From Planctomycetota bacterium (GTDB taxonomy: Bacteria; Planctomycetota; UBA1135; UBA2386), in assembly GCA_965228735.1 (NCBI GenBank), contig OZ245838.1:1632001-1696000 (forward strand): a stretch of DNA of 64,000 nucleotides, read 5' to 3'. Under the pieces are notes generated by a model. The model was not told where the DNA came from. It saw only the letters and a program-made list of their open reading frames with translations, and ran no database searches. A program made the position numbers and the translations under genes. This document shows, piece after piece, positions 9,493-19,068 of the stretch (the stretch's first letter is position 1; every line of letters starts with the position of its first letter).

Positions 9493-10836
9493 TCATCGGC
9501 CGTTCCCGGGAAAGACCCGAAGCGTCTTTTCCATCGGCGGCCCCGGGCCGAAGCGCTGCTGCAGCACCACGGACAGCTGGCCCTTGCGGTCGGGCACGAC
9601 AACGACTGCCGCGAACGAACGGTTGCCGGGATCGACGCCGCTGGGACCAAACTGCTCGAACGTGAGCACGTCCACGCCCTCCTCTTCGACGACGTGAGGC
9701 CGCAGACCCGGCCACACGCGAGCGACCTCCGTTGCGAGCACGACGATCGAGCAACCCGCGAAGCTGCACCAGTCGTCGGGCAGATCCGCGAACTCGTCCA
9801 TCTCCTGTCGGAGCTCACGCCACTCCGCGGGCGTCGTCACTCGGCGACAGAGCGCGGTCTCACGACCCTCGATGTGCCGCTCCGCGAACCGATGCACCTC
9901 GAGTCGGGGCGCCGTCGTGGGATCGGGGATGCGGAACCGCGCCGCACGCACGATCTCGTCGGCGTGGCCCGGGACGGAGGCCTCGAGATCGAGGACGCCG
10001 CGAACCCGCGGAACGACATAGAGACCGACCCGCGAAGCCGTGTCCGGCGTACGCCCGATCGGAAGCGGCGAGTCGTAGTCGAACGGGCGCACGACCGCGC
10101 CGGCTCGACCGAAGAAGAACTCGACGAACTGAGCGCCGTCCTCGCGAGCCGCTTGCCGCCGCATCGGCCGCACGAGCACGACCCCGCTCTGGAAGTCGAG
10201 CTGCTCGGAGAACGGGACGAGATCGATGCCCTGCAGACTCTTGCGATAGCGCCAGCAGAAGTCGCGGAACGTCACCACGTCCGTGATCAGTTGCTGCGAG
10301 TCGGGCGGCTCCACGAGCTCGAGGATCAGGGGCAGAATCGCCTTGCCACTCTGCTCACGCGGAGCATTGGAGTCCGCACCGACGATACGAAACGTCGGGC
10401 GGCCAGAACGCGCCGGAGCGTCCGCCTCGAACGCCGGTGGTTCGGCGAACCGGCGATCGTCCGTGCTCACGATGGCGAATCGCCGCTCCACGACCGGCGC
10501 GTCCATCGCCCCTGTCAGTCGCAACACCAGGCGGTCGCCACGCAGAACGTCTGCGATCGCGATCGCACCGCCATGCCCCTGCCCGAGCGGCAGGAAGCGA
10601 ACGGTGTGTCCGGCCGGCGCCGACGGCAAGTCACCCGAGAAGTTGCACGACCGCAATGCGCGTTCCAGGTCGGCCGGCGTCGGCAAGACCCGCAAGAGCT
10701 CGCCCGCGGGACACCCCTCGCCGGCGGCGAGCACCGTCGCGACCGTCGAGGCTTGCTGCTGGGCCATCGTCGAACACGACATCGAAAGGGCCGCGACGAC
10801 GCCTGCCACGAGCAGAAACGGGCATCGGGTCTGCAT
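9493..10836 (-). CDS. Putative lipoprotein or secreted protein, possibly with repeated PrcB_C-like modules
   Basis: Signal peptide with lipobox-like LSMSC; tightly packed with the downstream gene. Confidence 0.65.
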   Translation of the reverse strand: MQTRCPFLLVAGVVAALSMSCSTMAQQQASTVATVLAAGEGCPAGELLRVLPTPADLERALRSCNFSGDLPSAPAGHTVRFLPLGQGHGGAIAIADVLRGDRLVLRLTGAMDAPVVERRFAIVSTDDRRFAEPPAFEADAPARSGRPTFRIVGADSNAPREQSGKAILPLILELVEPPDSQQLITDVVTFRDFCWRYRKSLQGIDLVPFSEQLDFQSGVVLVRPMRRQAAREDGAQFVEFFFGRAGAVVRPFDYDSPLPIGRTPDTASRVGLYVVPRVRGVLDLEASVPGHADEIVRAARFRIPDPTTAPRLEVHRFAERHIEGRETALCRRVTTPAEWRELRQEMDEFADLPDDWCSFAGCSIVVLATEVARVWPGLRPHVVEEEGVDVLTFEQFGPSGVDPGNRSFAAVVVVPDRKGQLSVVLQQRFGPGPPMEKTLRVFPGNGR

Positions 10837-10859
10837 TCGCGAGAGCTTAGGATCCCGGC

Positions 10860-12284
10860 ATGATCCTGTCGCGCCGCCTGCTCGCCATCGCGCTCTGCGC
10901 GCCCGCCGCCGTCGTCACCGCCCAGGGCGAATCGCCCGTGCCGGATCCGGCGATGCTGAAGATCGGCGCGAGCTACGCGGCGAAGGTGGCCGCATCGGCG
11001 GTCTTCGTGAGCGGCCGCACGATCGAGTCCGTGATGGCCGAGGAGTTCGCGCCCGACACGGCGCTCGACAAGATGCTGCGGCCGTTCCTGAAGTTCGAGG
11101 TCGACGAGGACGAACGGTCGGTCACGGCCAGGCTGCCGTTCCTCAGCGCGATCGCGGTTGCGACGCGCGGTCTCGGTTGCGTGTTGCTGCGGGACGGCGC
11201 GGATCGCCAATCACTCCAGGCACGTGGTCCGGCGGTGGCCGAACCACCGGGGCCACGCGAGTGGCCGCTCGGCGAGCTCGTGCGCGAACCGGCGTCGTTC
11301 GCCGGCATCGACGCGGCCGCCGTGCGCCGCGCGGTCGCCGCGGCATTCGAGGAACCCGCCAAGGGTCCAGAGCGCCGCACGCGTGCGGTCGTCGTCGTCT
11401 TTCGCGGCGACCTGATCGCGGAGCGGTATCGCGAAGGCTACGGCCCGGCCACGCTGCTGCCGGGCTGGTCGATGACGAAGACACTCGTCGACGCACTCGT
11501 CGGCATCCGCGTGCGGCAGGGCAAGCTCGAACTCGATGCCGAGCTCGCGACGCCCGACTGGCCCGCGGCCGATCCGCGCCGCGCGCTGCGCTTGCAGGAC
11601 CTGCTCGGCATGCACTCCGGACTCGCCTGGAGCGAGAGCTACACCGACCCGGGCAGCGACTGCCTGCGGATGCTGTTCGGCTCGAGCGACCACGCCAGCG
11701 TGCAGGCCCGGAACGAGCTCGAGGCCGAACCGCGGTCGCGCTGGCTGTACTCGAGCGGCACGACGAACCTGATCTGCCGCGAGCTGCGCGCGTCGTTCGA
11801 GGGCGACGGCGGCGACGACGCCTACTGGGCGTTCCCGCGGCGCGAGCTGTTCACCCCGCTCGGCATCCAGCGCGGCCTCATCGAGTGCGATCCGAGCGGC
11901 ACGTTCGTCGGCAGCTCGTACGGGTTCCTCACCGCGCGCGACTGGGCGCGGATCGGGATGCTCTACGAACAGGACGGCACGTTCGCCGGTCGCCGCATCC
12001 TGCCGGCGGGCTGGGTCGCGCGCGCGGCAACGCCGGTGCCGGCGAGCGGCGGCCGCTACGGCAGCCAGATCTGGCTGAACGCGGACCCCGACGGCGACGG
12101 CCCGGTGCAGGCGCGCTGGCCCGAGCTGCCGACCGACCTCATGCGCCTCGACGGCCACGAAGGGCAATACGTCGTGATCGTCCCGTCCGCCGATCTCGTG
12201 ATCGCGCGGCTCGGCTGCACGAAGGCGACCGACGCCGGGGTGCGAGAACTCGCCGCGGCCGTGTTCGCGGCTATCGACCGCTGA
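10860..12284 (+). CDS. Secreted serine hydrolase, beta-lactamase/AmpC family
   Basis: SxxK (WSMTK), LLGMHSGL, YSSG, TARDWARIG, GHEGQ; signal peptide. Confidence 0.92.
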   Translation: MILSRRLLAIALCAPAAVVTAQGESPVPDPAMLKIGASYAAKVAASAVFVSGRTIESVMAEEFAPDTALDKMLRPFLKFEVDEDERSVTARLPFLSAIAVATRGLGCVLLRDGADRQSLQARGPAVAEPPGPREWPLGELVREPASFAGIDAAAVRRAVAAAFEEPAKGPERRTRAVVVVFRGDLIAERYREGYGPATLLPGWSMTKTLVDALVGIRVRQGKLELDAELATPDWPAADPRRALRLQDLLGMHSGLAWSESYTDPGSDCLRMLFGSSDHASVQARNELEAEPRSRWLYSSGTTNLICRELRASFEGDGGDDAYWAFPRRELFTPLGIQRGLIECDPSGTFVGSSYGFLTARDWARIGMLYEQDGTFAGRRILPAGWVARAATPVPASGGRYGSQIWLNADPDGDGPVQARWPELPTDLMRLDGHEGQYVVIVPSADLVIARLGCTKATDAGVRELAAAVFAAIDR

Positions 12285-13272
12285 CCGGCAAGCCGTCGTC
12301 GTCGGGCTGGCTCAGACGCTCGAGGTTCGACCACGGGCCATCGGGATCGGGCACGCCCGGCCCGCGCGGCTGCAGGTAGTCGGCCCAACGGTTCACGAAG
12401 CGCAGGTCACCGGCGACGAGACCGACGAGCGCAGGGTGCTTCGCGAGGATGTTCGCGAGCACCGTCGCCTTGGTCGCGACGGACACGCGTGGCAGCTCGG
12501 CATCGACGGGCCGGCCGTAGCCGAAGATCACGGGCTGCCCATCCGCGCGCGCGAGCTTGATGCGCACTTCGGGGTAGCTGCGCCCGCGCATCCAGCGCTC
12601 GCCGAGGTTGGTCGTGTCGATCTCGAGCAACCGCGGCGCGGCCGGCACGAGCGGCGTGAGCTCGTCGCGCCATTCCAGCGCGATGCCGACGGCCACGAGG
12701 ACGCGCGGCTCGGCGACGGGCGCGCCCGGCTCCATCCGGATGCGCGTGAAGCCACCTTCGCGGTAGAGCCGCACGACGGGCAGATCGGTGCCGGCCACGG
12801 GCGCGAGCGCGCGACCGTCGGCGCCGACGAGGCCGAGCAGCTCACCGTCCTCGGCCTCGACGGCGACGACCGGGCGTCGTAGTTCGACCGCGAGGCGGAA
12901 GCGATCCGGGAATTGCCGCGTCAGGTCGACGCGCCGGATCCACGGGGACGCCTCGAGCCCGGCTTTGAGCCGCAGACTCGCGGGCTCATCGAGGATCGCG
13001 ATGCTGTCCTGCAGCGCCGGCCCGATGTCGGCCATGACCGCGAGCAGCAGCGGCCCATGCAGCCAATCCGGCTCGTGGACGAACCCGACCTGATCGAGTT
13101 CGACCAGCGGGCTCTGCGCGGTCGCCTGCTGGTAGCGCGCGGCGAGCACATCGAGTGCGCGCGGACCGCACAACCAGATGGTCAGCGCGAACGCACCGAC
13201 GACGAAGACCCTTACCGCCCAGAGTCGTTGCGAGCGGTCGCCAGCTGGAGTGGCTTGCTCGTCGCGGGGCAC
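12271..13272 (-). CDS. FtsQ/DivIB-like bitopic membrane protein (POTRA-like domain)
   Basis: Single N-terminal TM; SPWIRRVDLTRQFPDRFRLAVELRRPVVAV resembles the POTRA/beta-domain junction; C-terminal DLRF. Confidence 0.65.
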   Translation of the reverse strand: MPRDEQATPAGDRSQRLWAVRVFVVGAFALTIWLCGPRALDVLAARYQQATAQSPLVELDQVGFVHEPDWLHGPLLLAVMADIGPALQDSIAILDEPASLRLKAGLEASPWIRRVDLTRQFPDRFRLAVELRRPVVAVEAEDGELLGLVGADGRALAPVAGTDLPVVRLYREGGFTRIRMEPGAPVAEPRVLVAVGIALEWRDELTPLVPAAPRLLEIDTTNLGERWMRGRSYPEVRIKLARADGQPVIFGYGRPVDAELPRVSVATKATVLANILAKHPALVGLVAGDLRFVNRWADYLQPRGPGVPDPDGPWSNLERLSQPDDDGLPVSGR

Positions 13273-13353
13273 CCGATCCGATTCCGGAGCCGGCGGCCGA
13301 TCACGCCGACGCGATCACCGATCGCGGTGGGCGTGACCGACGCGCGGACTCGA

Positions 13354-13605
13354 TCAGTTGAGGCGCGCGACGACCGGCTTCGGCTCGCCGGACTTGGCCC
13401 GACGGCCACCGCCCGTGAGCGTCTCGCAGTCGTCGACGAAGATCTCGAGCGTGTCGAGCGCGCTCTCGACGACGTCGCGATCGATCGTGACCTCGGCGCC
13501 GCCCTTGGCCGCTTCGAGTTCATGCTCGAGCATCCGCGACAGGACCTTGAGCTGCGAGAGGTGACGGCCGACGAACTTGCCGACGTTGACTTCCTTGTTT
13601 TCCAT
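13354..13605 (-). CDS. Small hypothetical helical protein (83 aa)
   Basis: ATG with GGAG RBS upstream, strong codon bias, natural composition. Confidence 0.8.
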   Translation of the reverse strand: MENKEVNVGKFVGRHLSQLKVLSRMLEHELEAAKGGAEVTIDRDVVESALDTLEIFVDDCETLTGGGRRAKSGEPKPVVARLN

Positions 13606-14020
13606 GACTGACTCCGACTGTGCGCAGTCAACGAACGGGCTCGAGACTCAAAGGTGCGTTGCCGGGCGGCAATGCACCATTCAGGACCCAAACCGAGGAT
13701 CGCGCGACCACGCGAGTCCCATCTGGCGATGGGAGGTTTTGGGAAGGACCGGATAAGCGAAACACTCCGCAGACCATCGCGGAGCGCCGGCCAGTCTAAC
13801 TCGAACGCGCCCACAAACCAGCACGTTCCTCCCCACCGTGAACGCGTAGTCCTCCCGATTCGCGCGCCGATCCCACGATTGCGCGCCGATCCGTTCACGT
13901 CCTGTTAGGACCATTCCACATTGGACACGCATTCCTGACGGCGCGACACCGAAGCTGCCAGAGCGCCGCGCCAGCGATTCGAGCGTTCCTTTCCCGCGGC
14001 GGCTGTGCGATGCTGCGACC

Positions 14021-16096
14021 GTGGCTTCGCGACCTTCGCCGCCGATCGACCGCACGTTCAAGGGCTACACCCTCAACGACTTCCAGGTCGAGGCCGCGGA
14101 TGCGATCGACGCCGACCACAACGTGCTGCTCGCCGCGCCGACCGGCTCGGGCAAGACGCTCGTCGCCGAATACGCGATCGCCCGCGCGCTCGAGAACGGC
14201 AAACGCGCGATCTACACGAGCCCGATCAAGGCGCTGAGCAACCAGAAGTTCCGCGACTTCCGCGCCGAGGGCCAGCGCGTGGGCCTGATGACGGGCGACC
14301 TCACGCTCGACCCCGACGCGCCGATCGTCCTGATGACGACGGAGATCTTCCGCAACGCGGTGTTCGAGGACCCCGAGCGGTTCGACGACACCGACGTCGC
14401 CGTGTTCGACGAGGTGCACTACGTCGACGATCGCGACCGCGGCACGGTCTGGGAGGAGAGCCTGATCTTCGCGCCCCCCCACGTGCGGTTCATCGGGCTG
14501 TCCGCGACGATCGACAACCTGCACGAGTTCGGCGAGTGGATCCGCTCCGTGCGCGAGCACGAGCTCACGGTCATCGAGCACAGCAAGCGCCCCGTGCCCC
14601 TGTCGCACCGGCTCTACCACCCCGACGCGGGCGTGTTCCAACTCGCGCAGCGCCCGCGCGCGATCGCGCTGCACGAGAAATCGGCGGCCCGCGACAAACA
14701 GCACACCGAACGCGCCGGCCGCGCCGGTCGCCGCGAGCGCGAACGCTCCCGCTGGGGCGACAAGCGCGAACGCAAGCAGGGCCGCCGCATCCACGTCGGC
14801 CCGCGCCCGTACCAGCTGCTGCTCGACCAGATCCAGCACCGGCAGCTGCTGCCGGCGCTCTACTTCTGCTTCAGCCGCAAGGAGTGCGAGATCAAGGCGG
14901 AGCGCAGCATGCACCGGCGGCTCCTCGACCGCCGCGAACAGGGCCGCATCCAGGATCTGTTCGACGAGATCTGCGGTCAGTTCGAGCTGGAGCCGGACGA
15001 CGATCCAGGACTGCGCGGCATCATCGGCCGGGCGCGGCTCGGCGTGGGCTACCACCACGCGGGCATGCTGCCGATCCACAAGGAGGTCGTCGAACGGTTG
15101 TTCACGTCGGGCCTGCTCAAGCTGCTGTTCACGACGGAGACGTTCGCGCTCGGCATCAACATGCCGGCCCGCACCGCGATCTTCGATCTCTTGCGCAAGT
15201 ACGACGGCGTCCAGATGGACTACATGAAGAGCCGCGACTACCTGCAGATGGCGGGCCGCGCCGGGCGCCAGGGCCTCGACAAGAGCGGCCTCGTCATCTC
15301 GATCCTGGAGGACCAGGATCTGATCGACGGCCCGCTGTCGCGCTACCACAGCGGCAAGGTCGAGCCGATCACGTCGCGCTTCAACCTGTCGTACTCGACG
15401 ATCCTCAACCTCTTCGAACGACTCGGCAGCAAGGGCCTGCTCGCGGCCTACGACAAGAGCTTCGCCGCGTTCCAGGCGATGACGGGCTCGGCCAAGGTGC
15501 GCGCGAAGAAGAAGGCCGCGGCCCACGCGAGCCTCGCGCTGCGCGTGCAGGTGCTTCGCGATGCCGGCTACCTCGACGATCAGGAGGTCATGCCGCGCGG
15601 CCGCGTCGCGCAGAAGATCAACGGCTACGAGATCCAGGCGACCGAGCTGCTGTTCAGCGGCGTGCTCGACAAGATGGACATCCATCAGCTCGCGTGCACG
15701 TTCGCGGCGCTGATCTACGAGGAGCGCCGCCGCGCCGACCCGCGCCACCACCGGCGTGAGACCGGCCCGCTGATGCGCGAGGCGAACGCCGCGGTGCAGC
15801 GCTTCGTCGCCATCGAGCACGCCCACAACGTGGCCCACCCGATCAAGGAACCCGACTTCGGCATCGCGCCGGCCATCGACGCGTGGAGCCGCGGCGGCTC
15901 GATCGAGGACCTCGAACGGCTGGCGCACAGCGACGCGGGCGATGCGGTGCGCACGCTGCGCATGGCGATCCAGATGATGCGCCAGGTGCGCATGGCCGTC
16001 GGCAAGGGCGAGCCGCTCGCCGACCGACTCGACGAGGCCGTCGTCGCGATCAACCGCGACGAGGTCGACGCCAAGCGTCAGTTCGAGCTCGGCTGA
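14021..16096 (+). CDS. Ski2/HelY-like DEAD/DEAH-box RNA helicase with DSHCT-like C-terminus
   Basis: APTGSGKT, TSPIKALSNQK, DEVH, LSAT, HHAGMLP, TETFALGINMPA, QMAGRAGR. Confidence 0.95.
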   Translation: MASRPSPPIDRTFKGYTLNDFQVEAADAIDADHNVLLAAPTGSGKTLVAEYAIARALENGKRAIYTSPIKALSNQKFRDFRAEGQRVGLMTGDLTLDPDAPIVLMTTEIFRNAVFEDPERFDDTDVAVFDEVHYVDDRDRGTVWEESLIFAPPHVRFIGLSATIDNLHEFGEWIRSVREHELTVIEHSKRPVPLSHRLYHPDAGVFQLAQRPRAIALHEKSAARDKQHTERAGRAGRRERERSRWGDKRERKQGRRIHVGPRPYQLLLDQIQHRQLLPALYFCFSRKECEIKAERSMHRRLLDRREQGRIQDLFDEICGQFELEPDDDPGLRGIIGRARLGVGYHHAGMLPIHKEVVERLFTSGLLKLLFTTETFALGINMPARTAIFDLLRKYDGVQMDYMKSRDYLQMAGRAGRQGLDKSGLVISILEDQDLIDGPLSRYHSGKVEPITSRFNLSYSTILNLFERLGSKGLLAAYDKSFAAFQAMTGSAKVRAKKKAAAHASLALRVQVLRDAGYLDDQEVMPRGRVAQKINGYEIQATELLFSGVLDKMDIHQLACTFAALIYEERRRADPRHHRRETGPLMREANAAVQRFVAIEHAHNVAHPIKEPDFGIAPAIDAWSRGGSIEDLERLAHSDAGDAVRTLRMAIQMMRQVRMAVGKGEPLADRLDEAVVAINRDEVDAKRQFELG

Positions 16097-17520
16097 GCGC
16101 GTGGGGCAACGCCTGCCGGAGCGCTCGCAGTCTCGGGGAGCGGCCACGCGGCGGCGACCCACAGCCACGCCACGCCGGTCCAGTGCGCGAGCAGTCGCGG
16201 CGCCGAGCTCTTCAGGCTGTGCAGGACGTCGGACTCCGGCGACAGCATGAGAGCCGCGAACACGATGGCGAACCCGCCACCGAGCCAGGCGAGGACGAGG
16301 TTGCCAGGGGCCGTCAGCGCGCGGCGGCGATGCAGGGCGAGCACCAGGAGCGCCACGACGAACGTGAGCCCGAAGCGTTTCGGATCGGTGCCGAACTGCA
16401 GCAGCCCGAGGAGCACGTCGGGGAGGAAAGCGAGCTTGTCGCCGAGGCGCTCGAAACCGGTGACGTACTGCCCGAGCGCCGTCGTGGTGAACTCGTTGGG
16501 GAGCGCCAGCAAGAGCAGCGGCGGCAGCACACCGAGGATCAGGAGCACGACCAGGCGAGTGGCGGCACCGCGCCCCAGCAGGTCGAGACCACGCCGCAGC
16601 AGGATCACGAGAACCGCGCCCGCGACTGCCAGGAAGACCGTGCTCTTCAACACGCGGGCGCCCCCCTCGAAGTCGCGCACGGTGAGCATGTGCGCTCCGA
16701 TCAGAACGACGACGATCGCCGAGGCGCCCACCATGAATGCCCCGCGCCACCACGTCGTGCCGCGCCCGGCGAACACGAACGGGACGAACGGCAGGAACGC
16801 GCCGAGCACGACACCCTCGGGCTTCAGGAGCGGCAGCAACGCGGCCGCGGCAGTGAGCATGAGGCCGTCGCGCAACAGCAATCCCGCGCCGGCCGCCGTG
16901 AGCGCGACGGCGAAGAACATCTCGGCGTAGCCCGAGTCCGCCGACCCGCCGCTCGTGTCGAGGAAGAACGGCACGGTCGCGAACGCGAGGCCGGTTACGA
17001 GCGCTCGCGCGCGGTCGCTGCTGTGGAGGCGGTGGGCAGCTCCCACGCCGAGCGCGACGAACAACAGCCAAAGCAGCGGGAAGAGGAGTCGCCCCACGCT
17101 CGCGACGCAGAGCGGCTGCAGCAGCGGATAGCTCGGGCTGTGGTGGAACGCGGCGGGATCGGCGAACAGCGGATTGTCGAACGTGAGGCCGAGCGCGAGC
17201 GCGTTGGACTTGAGTTCCCACGCCACGATGCCGTCCCAGCCGCGCGACGGCGTCGCGAGCGCACCATAAGTGAGCATGCCGAAGCCGACGAGCACGACGG
17301 CGGCCAGCAACCAGGGCAAGACCACCGGCATCGGTCGTCCCGGCGGCGTGGCATCGGCGGCCCCCGATGCCCATCGCGAGACGAACACGCCGACTACCAA
17401 AGCAACCGGAAGCTCGAACGGCAGCAGTGCGATGCCGAGGATCAGCTGCACGTAGCCGAGCAGCCCGAACAGCGCGAGGCCGAGGATCAGGCCACGCGCA
17501 CCGACGTAGAGCGCGTTCAT
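16078..17520 (-). CDS. Polytopic membrane protein, GT-C-like glycosyltransferase
   Basis: ATG 17520; WDG...W.LK, HPSYP-like, GYAE, KPEG motifs; more than 10 TM. Confidence 0.7.
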   Translation of the reverse strand: MNALYVGARGLILGLALFGLLGYVQLILGIALLPFELPVALVVGVFVSRWASGAADATPPGRPMPVVLPWLLAAVVLVGFGMLTYGALATPSRGWDGIVAWELKSNALALGLTFDNPLFADPAAFHHSPSYPLLQPLCVASVGRLLFPLLWLLFVALGVGAAHRLHSSDRARALVTGLAFATVPFFLDTSGGSADSGYAEMFFAVALTAAGAGLLLRDGLMLTAAAALLPLLKPEGVVLGAFLPFVPFVFAGRGTTWWRGAFMVGASAIVVVLIGAHMLTVRDFEGGARVLKSTVFLAVAGAVLVILLRRGLDLLGRGAATRLVVLLILGVLPPLLLLALPNEFTTTALGQYVTGFERLGDKLAFLPDVLLGLLQFGTDPKRFGLTFVVALLVLALHRRRALTAPGNLVLAWLGGGFAIVFAALMLSPESDVLHSLKSSAPRLLAHWTGVAWLWVAAAWPLPETASAPAGVAPRAQPSSN

Positions 17521-17957
17521 CGCGCCTCCAGTGCCAGCCTGGCTCCGTCGCCGATCAGCGTCACCCCAGCGACCGGTCGCCCGCGGTGTTCCCCGGCGAC
17601 GACGACGAGGCGCTCCTCGAAGCAGCACAGCCGCGGCCAGAGCAGCGCCGGGGCGTACTCGAGCGCATCCTCGGGCAACCCGCGGATCGGCACGATCGCG
17701 TTGTCCGGTGTCGTGCGCAGCAGCTCCTCGATCACCGCGATCGAGCGCTCGACGTCCTCCGGATGGTTCGGGAAGCCATCCTCGAGCCGCCAGCGCACCG
17801 CGCCGCGCGTCCGAAACTCGGCGACCTCTCCCCAGCGCTTGCTGGCCGCGCGCGGCAGCCGCGCGACTCCGATCCCGCAATGGACGATCACGGCGAGCCC
17901 GATCCAGAACGACGTACGCCGCCATCGCGGCTTCGGACTCGTGAGCTCGCTGCCCAT
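17517..17957 (-). CDS. Hypothetical membrane-anchored protein
   Basis: ATG 17957, one TM; ATGA overlap with the downstream gene. Confidence 0.6.
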   Translation of the reverse strand: MGSELTSPKPRWRRTSFWIGLAVIVHCGIGVARLPRAASKRWGEVAEFRTRGAVRWRLEDGFPNHPEDVERSIAVIEELLRTTPDNAIVPIRGLPEDALEYAPALLWPRLCCFEERLVVVAGEHRGRPVAGVTLIGDGARLALEAR

Positions 17958-18027
17958 CCGCCGGCAGCATAGGCCCGGCCGCGGCCCGGCGCGACGCGTT
18001 TGACGGCGCCCTGCGCTTCGGCTCTGC

Positions 18028-19068
18028 TTGCGTTCCGTGCCGCCCTTGTCCGTGACCGTGGCGATCCCGTGCCGGGACGCAGGGCCGTTCCTGCGCCCGA
18101 TGCTCGAGTCGCTGCTCGGACAGGTTTGGCCCGACGAGCGCCCCCCGGTGCGCCTGCTGCTCGTCGACGACGGCTCGACGGACGATTCCGCGATCCGCGC
18201 CCGCGAGATCGCCGGCGACCGGCTCGAGATCGAGCTGAGCCGGGAGCCGCGCGGCATCGGCGGCAACTGGAATCGCTGCGCCGAGCTGGCGATCGCGACT
18301 GGTGCGGACGCGTTCTGCCTCGCCCACCAGGACGATATCTACGCCCCGACGTTCCTCGCCCGGCTCGCCGCGGCGCTCGAAGCGCAAGCCGACGCCGGGA
18401 TCGCGCACTGCCGGGCGACCGCGATCGATCAGAGCGGCCGACCCGTCGATTCCGGCGCCGAACGCTACAAGCAGCACTTCTGGCGCGACGGGCCGCAGCG
18501 CGATCGGGCCGCGCAATACCGGCGGCTGTGGAACGGCAACTTCGTGTGCTGTCCCGCGGTGCTGTATCGAGCCTCGGCGTTCACCGCCACCGGCACGTTC
18601 CGCACGGACCTGCGCTTCGCCCTCGACTGGGAGTACTGGTTCCGGTTGCTGCGCACCGGACACGGAATCGCCGACGTCGACGAGGCGCTCGTCGAGTATC
18701 GCCGCCACCCGACGGCCGCCACGCGCGTCGCCACGAGTGACCGTTGGCGCTTCGAGGAGGAGCTCCAGGTCCTCGACGAGGCCCGCCGCGAGGGCATCGC
18801 GGCCGGGCTGTTGTCGGCGACCGCCGGACCGAGTCCCGCGCTGCGCAACAACCTGCTGCACGAGGCGCTCACGGATCTCGAGCGCGGCGATCACCGCGGC
18901 GCCCGCAAGAAGCTCGAGTTCGTGCGCGATCACGCGCCCGAGCTTTGGCGCGACTTCTACGTTCGGACGTTCCGCACGCTGACGCGCCTCGGCCCGCCCG
19001 GCCGCGTGCTGCTCGGCGTTTGCCGCGGGCTCGCGATCCGCTACGGCCTCGGCGGAGCCTCGGGATGA
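18028..19068 (+). CDS. Glycosyltransferase family 2
   Basis: VAIP, VDDGSTD, NWN, HQDD, DWEYW motifs; exact start uncertain. Confidence 0.92.
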   Translation: MRSVPPLSVTVAIPCRDAGPFLRPMLESLLGQVWPDERPPVRLLLVDDGSTDDSAIRAREIAGDRLEIELSREPRGIGGNWNRCAELAIATGADAFCLAHQDDIYAPTFLARLAAALEAQADAGIAHCRATAIDQSGRPVDSGAERYKQHFWRDGPQRDRAAQYRRLWNGNFVCCPAVLYRASAFTATGTFRTDLRFALDWEYWFRLLRTGHGIADVDEALVEYRRHPTAATRVATSDRWRFEEELQVLDEARREGIAAGLLSATAGPSPALRNNLLHEALTDLERGDHRGARKKLEFVRDHAPELWRDFYVRTFRTLTRLGPPGRVLLGVCRGLAIRYGLGGASG

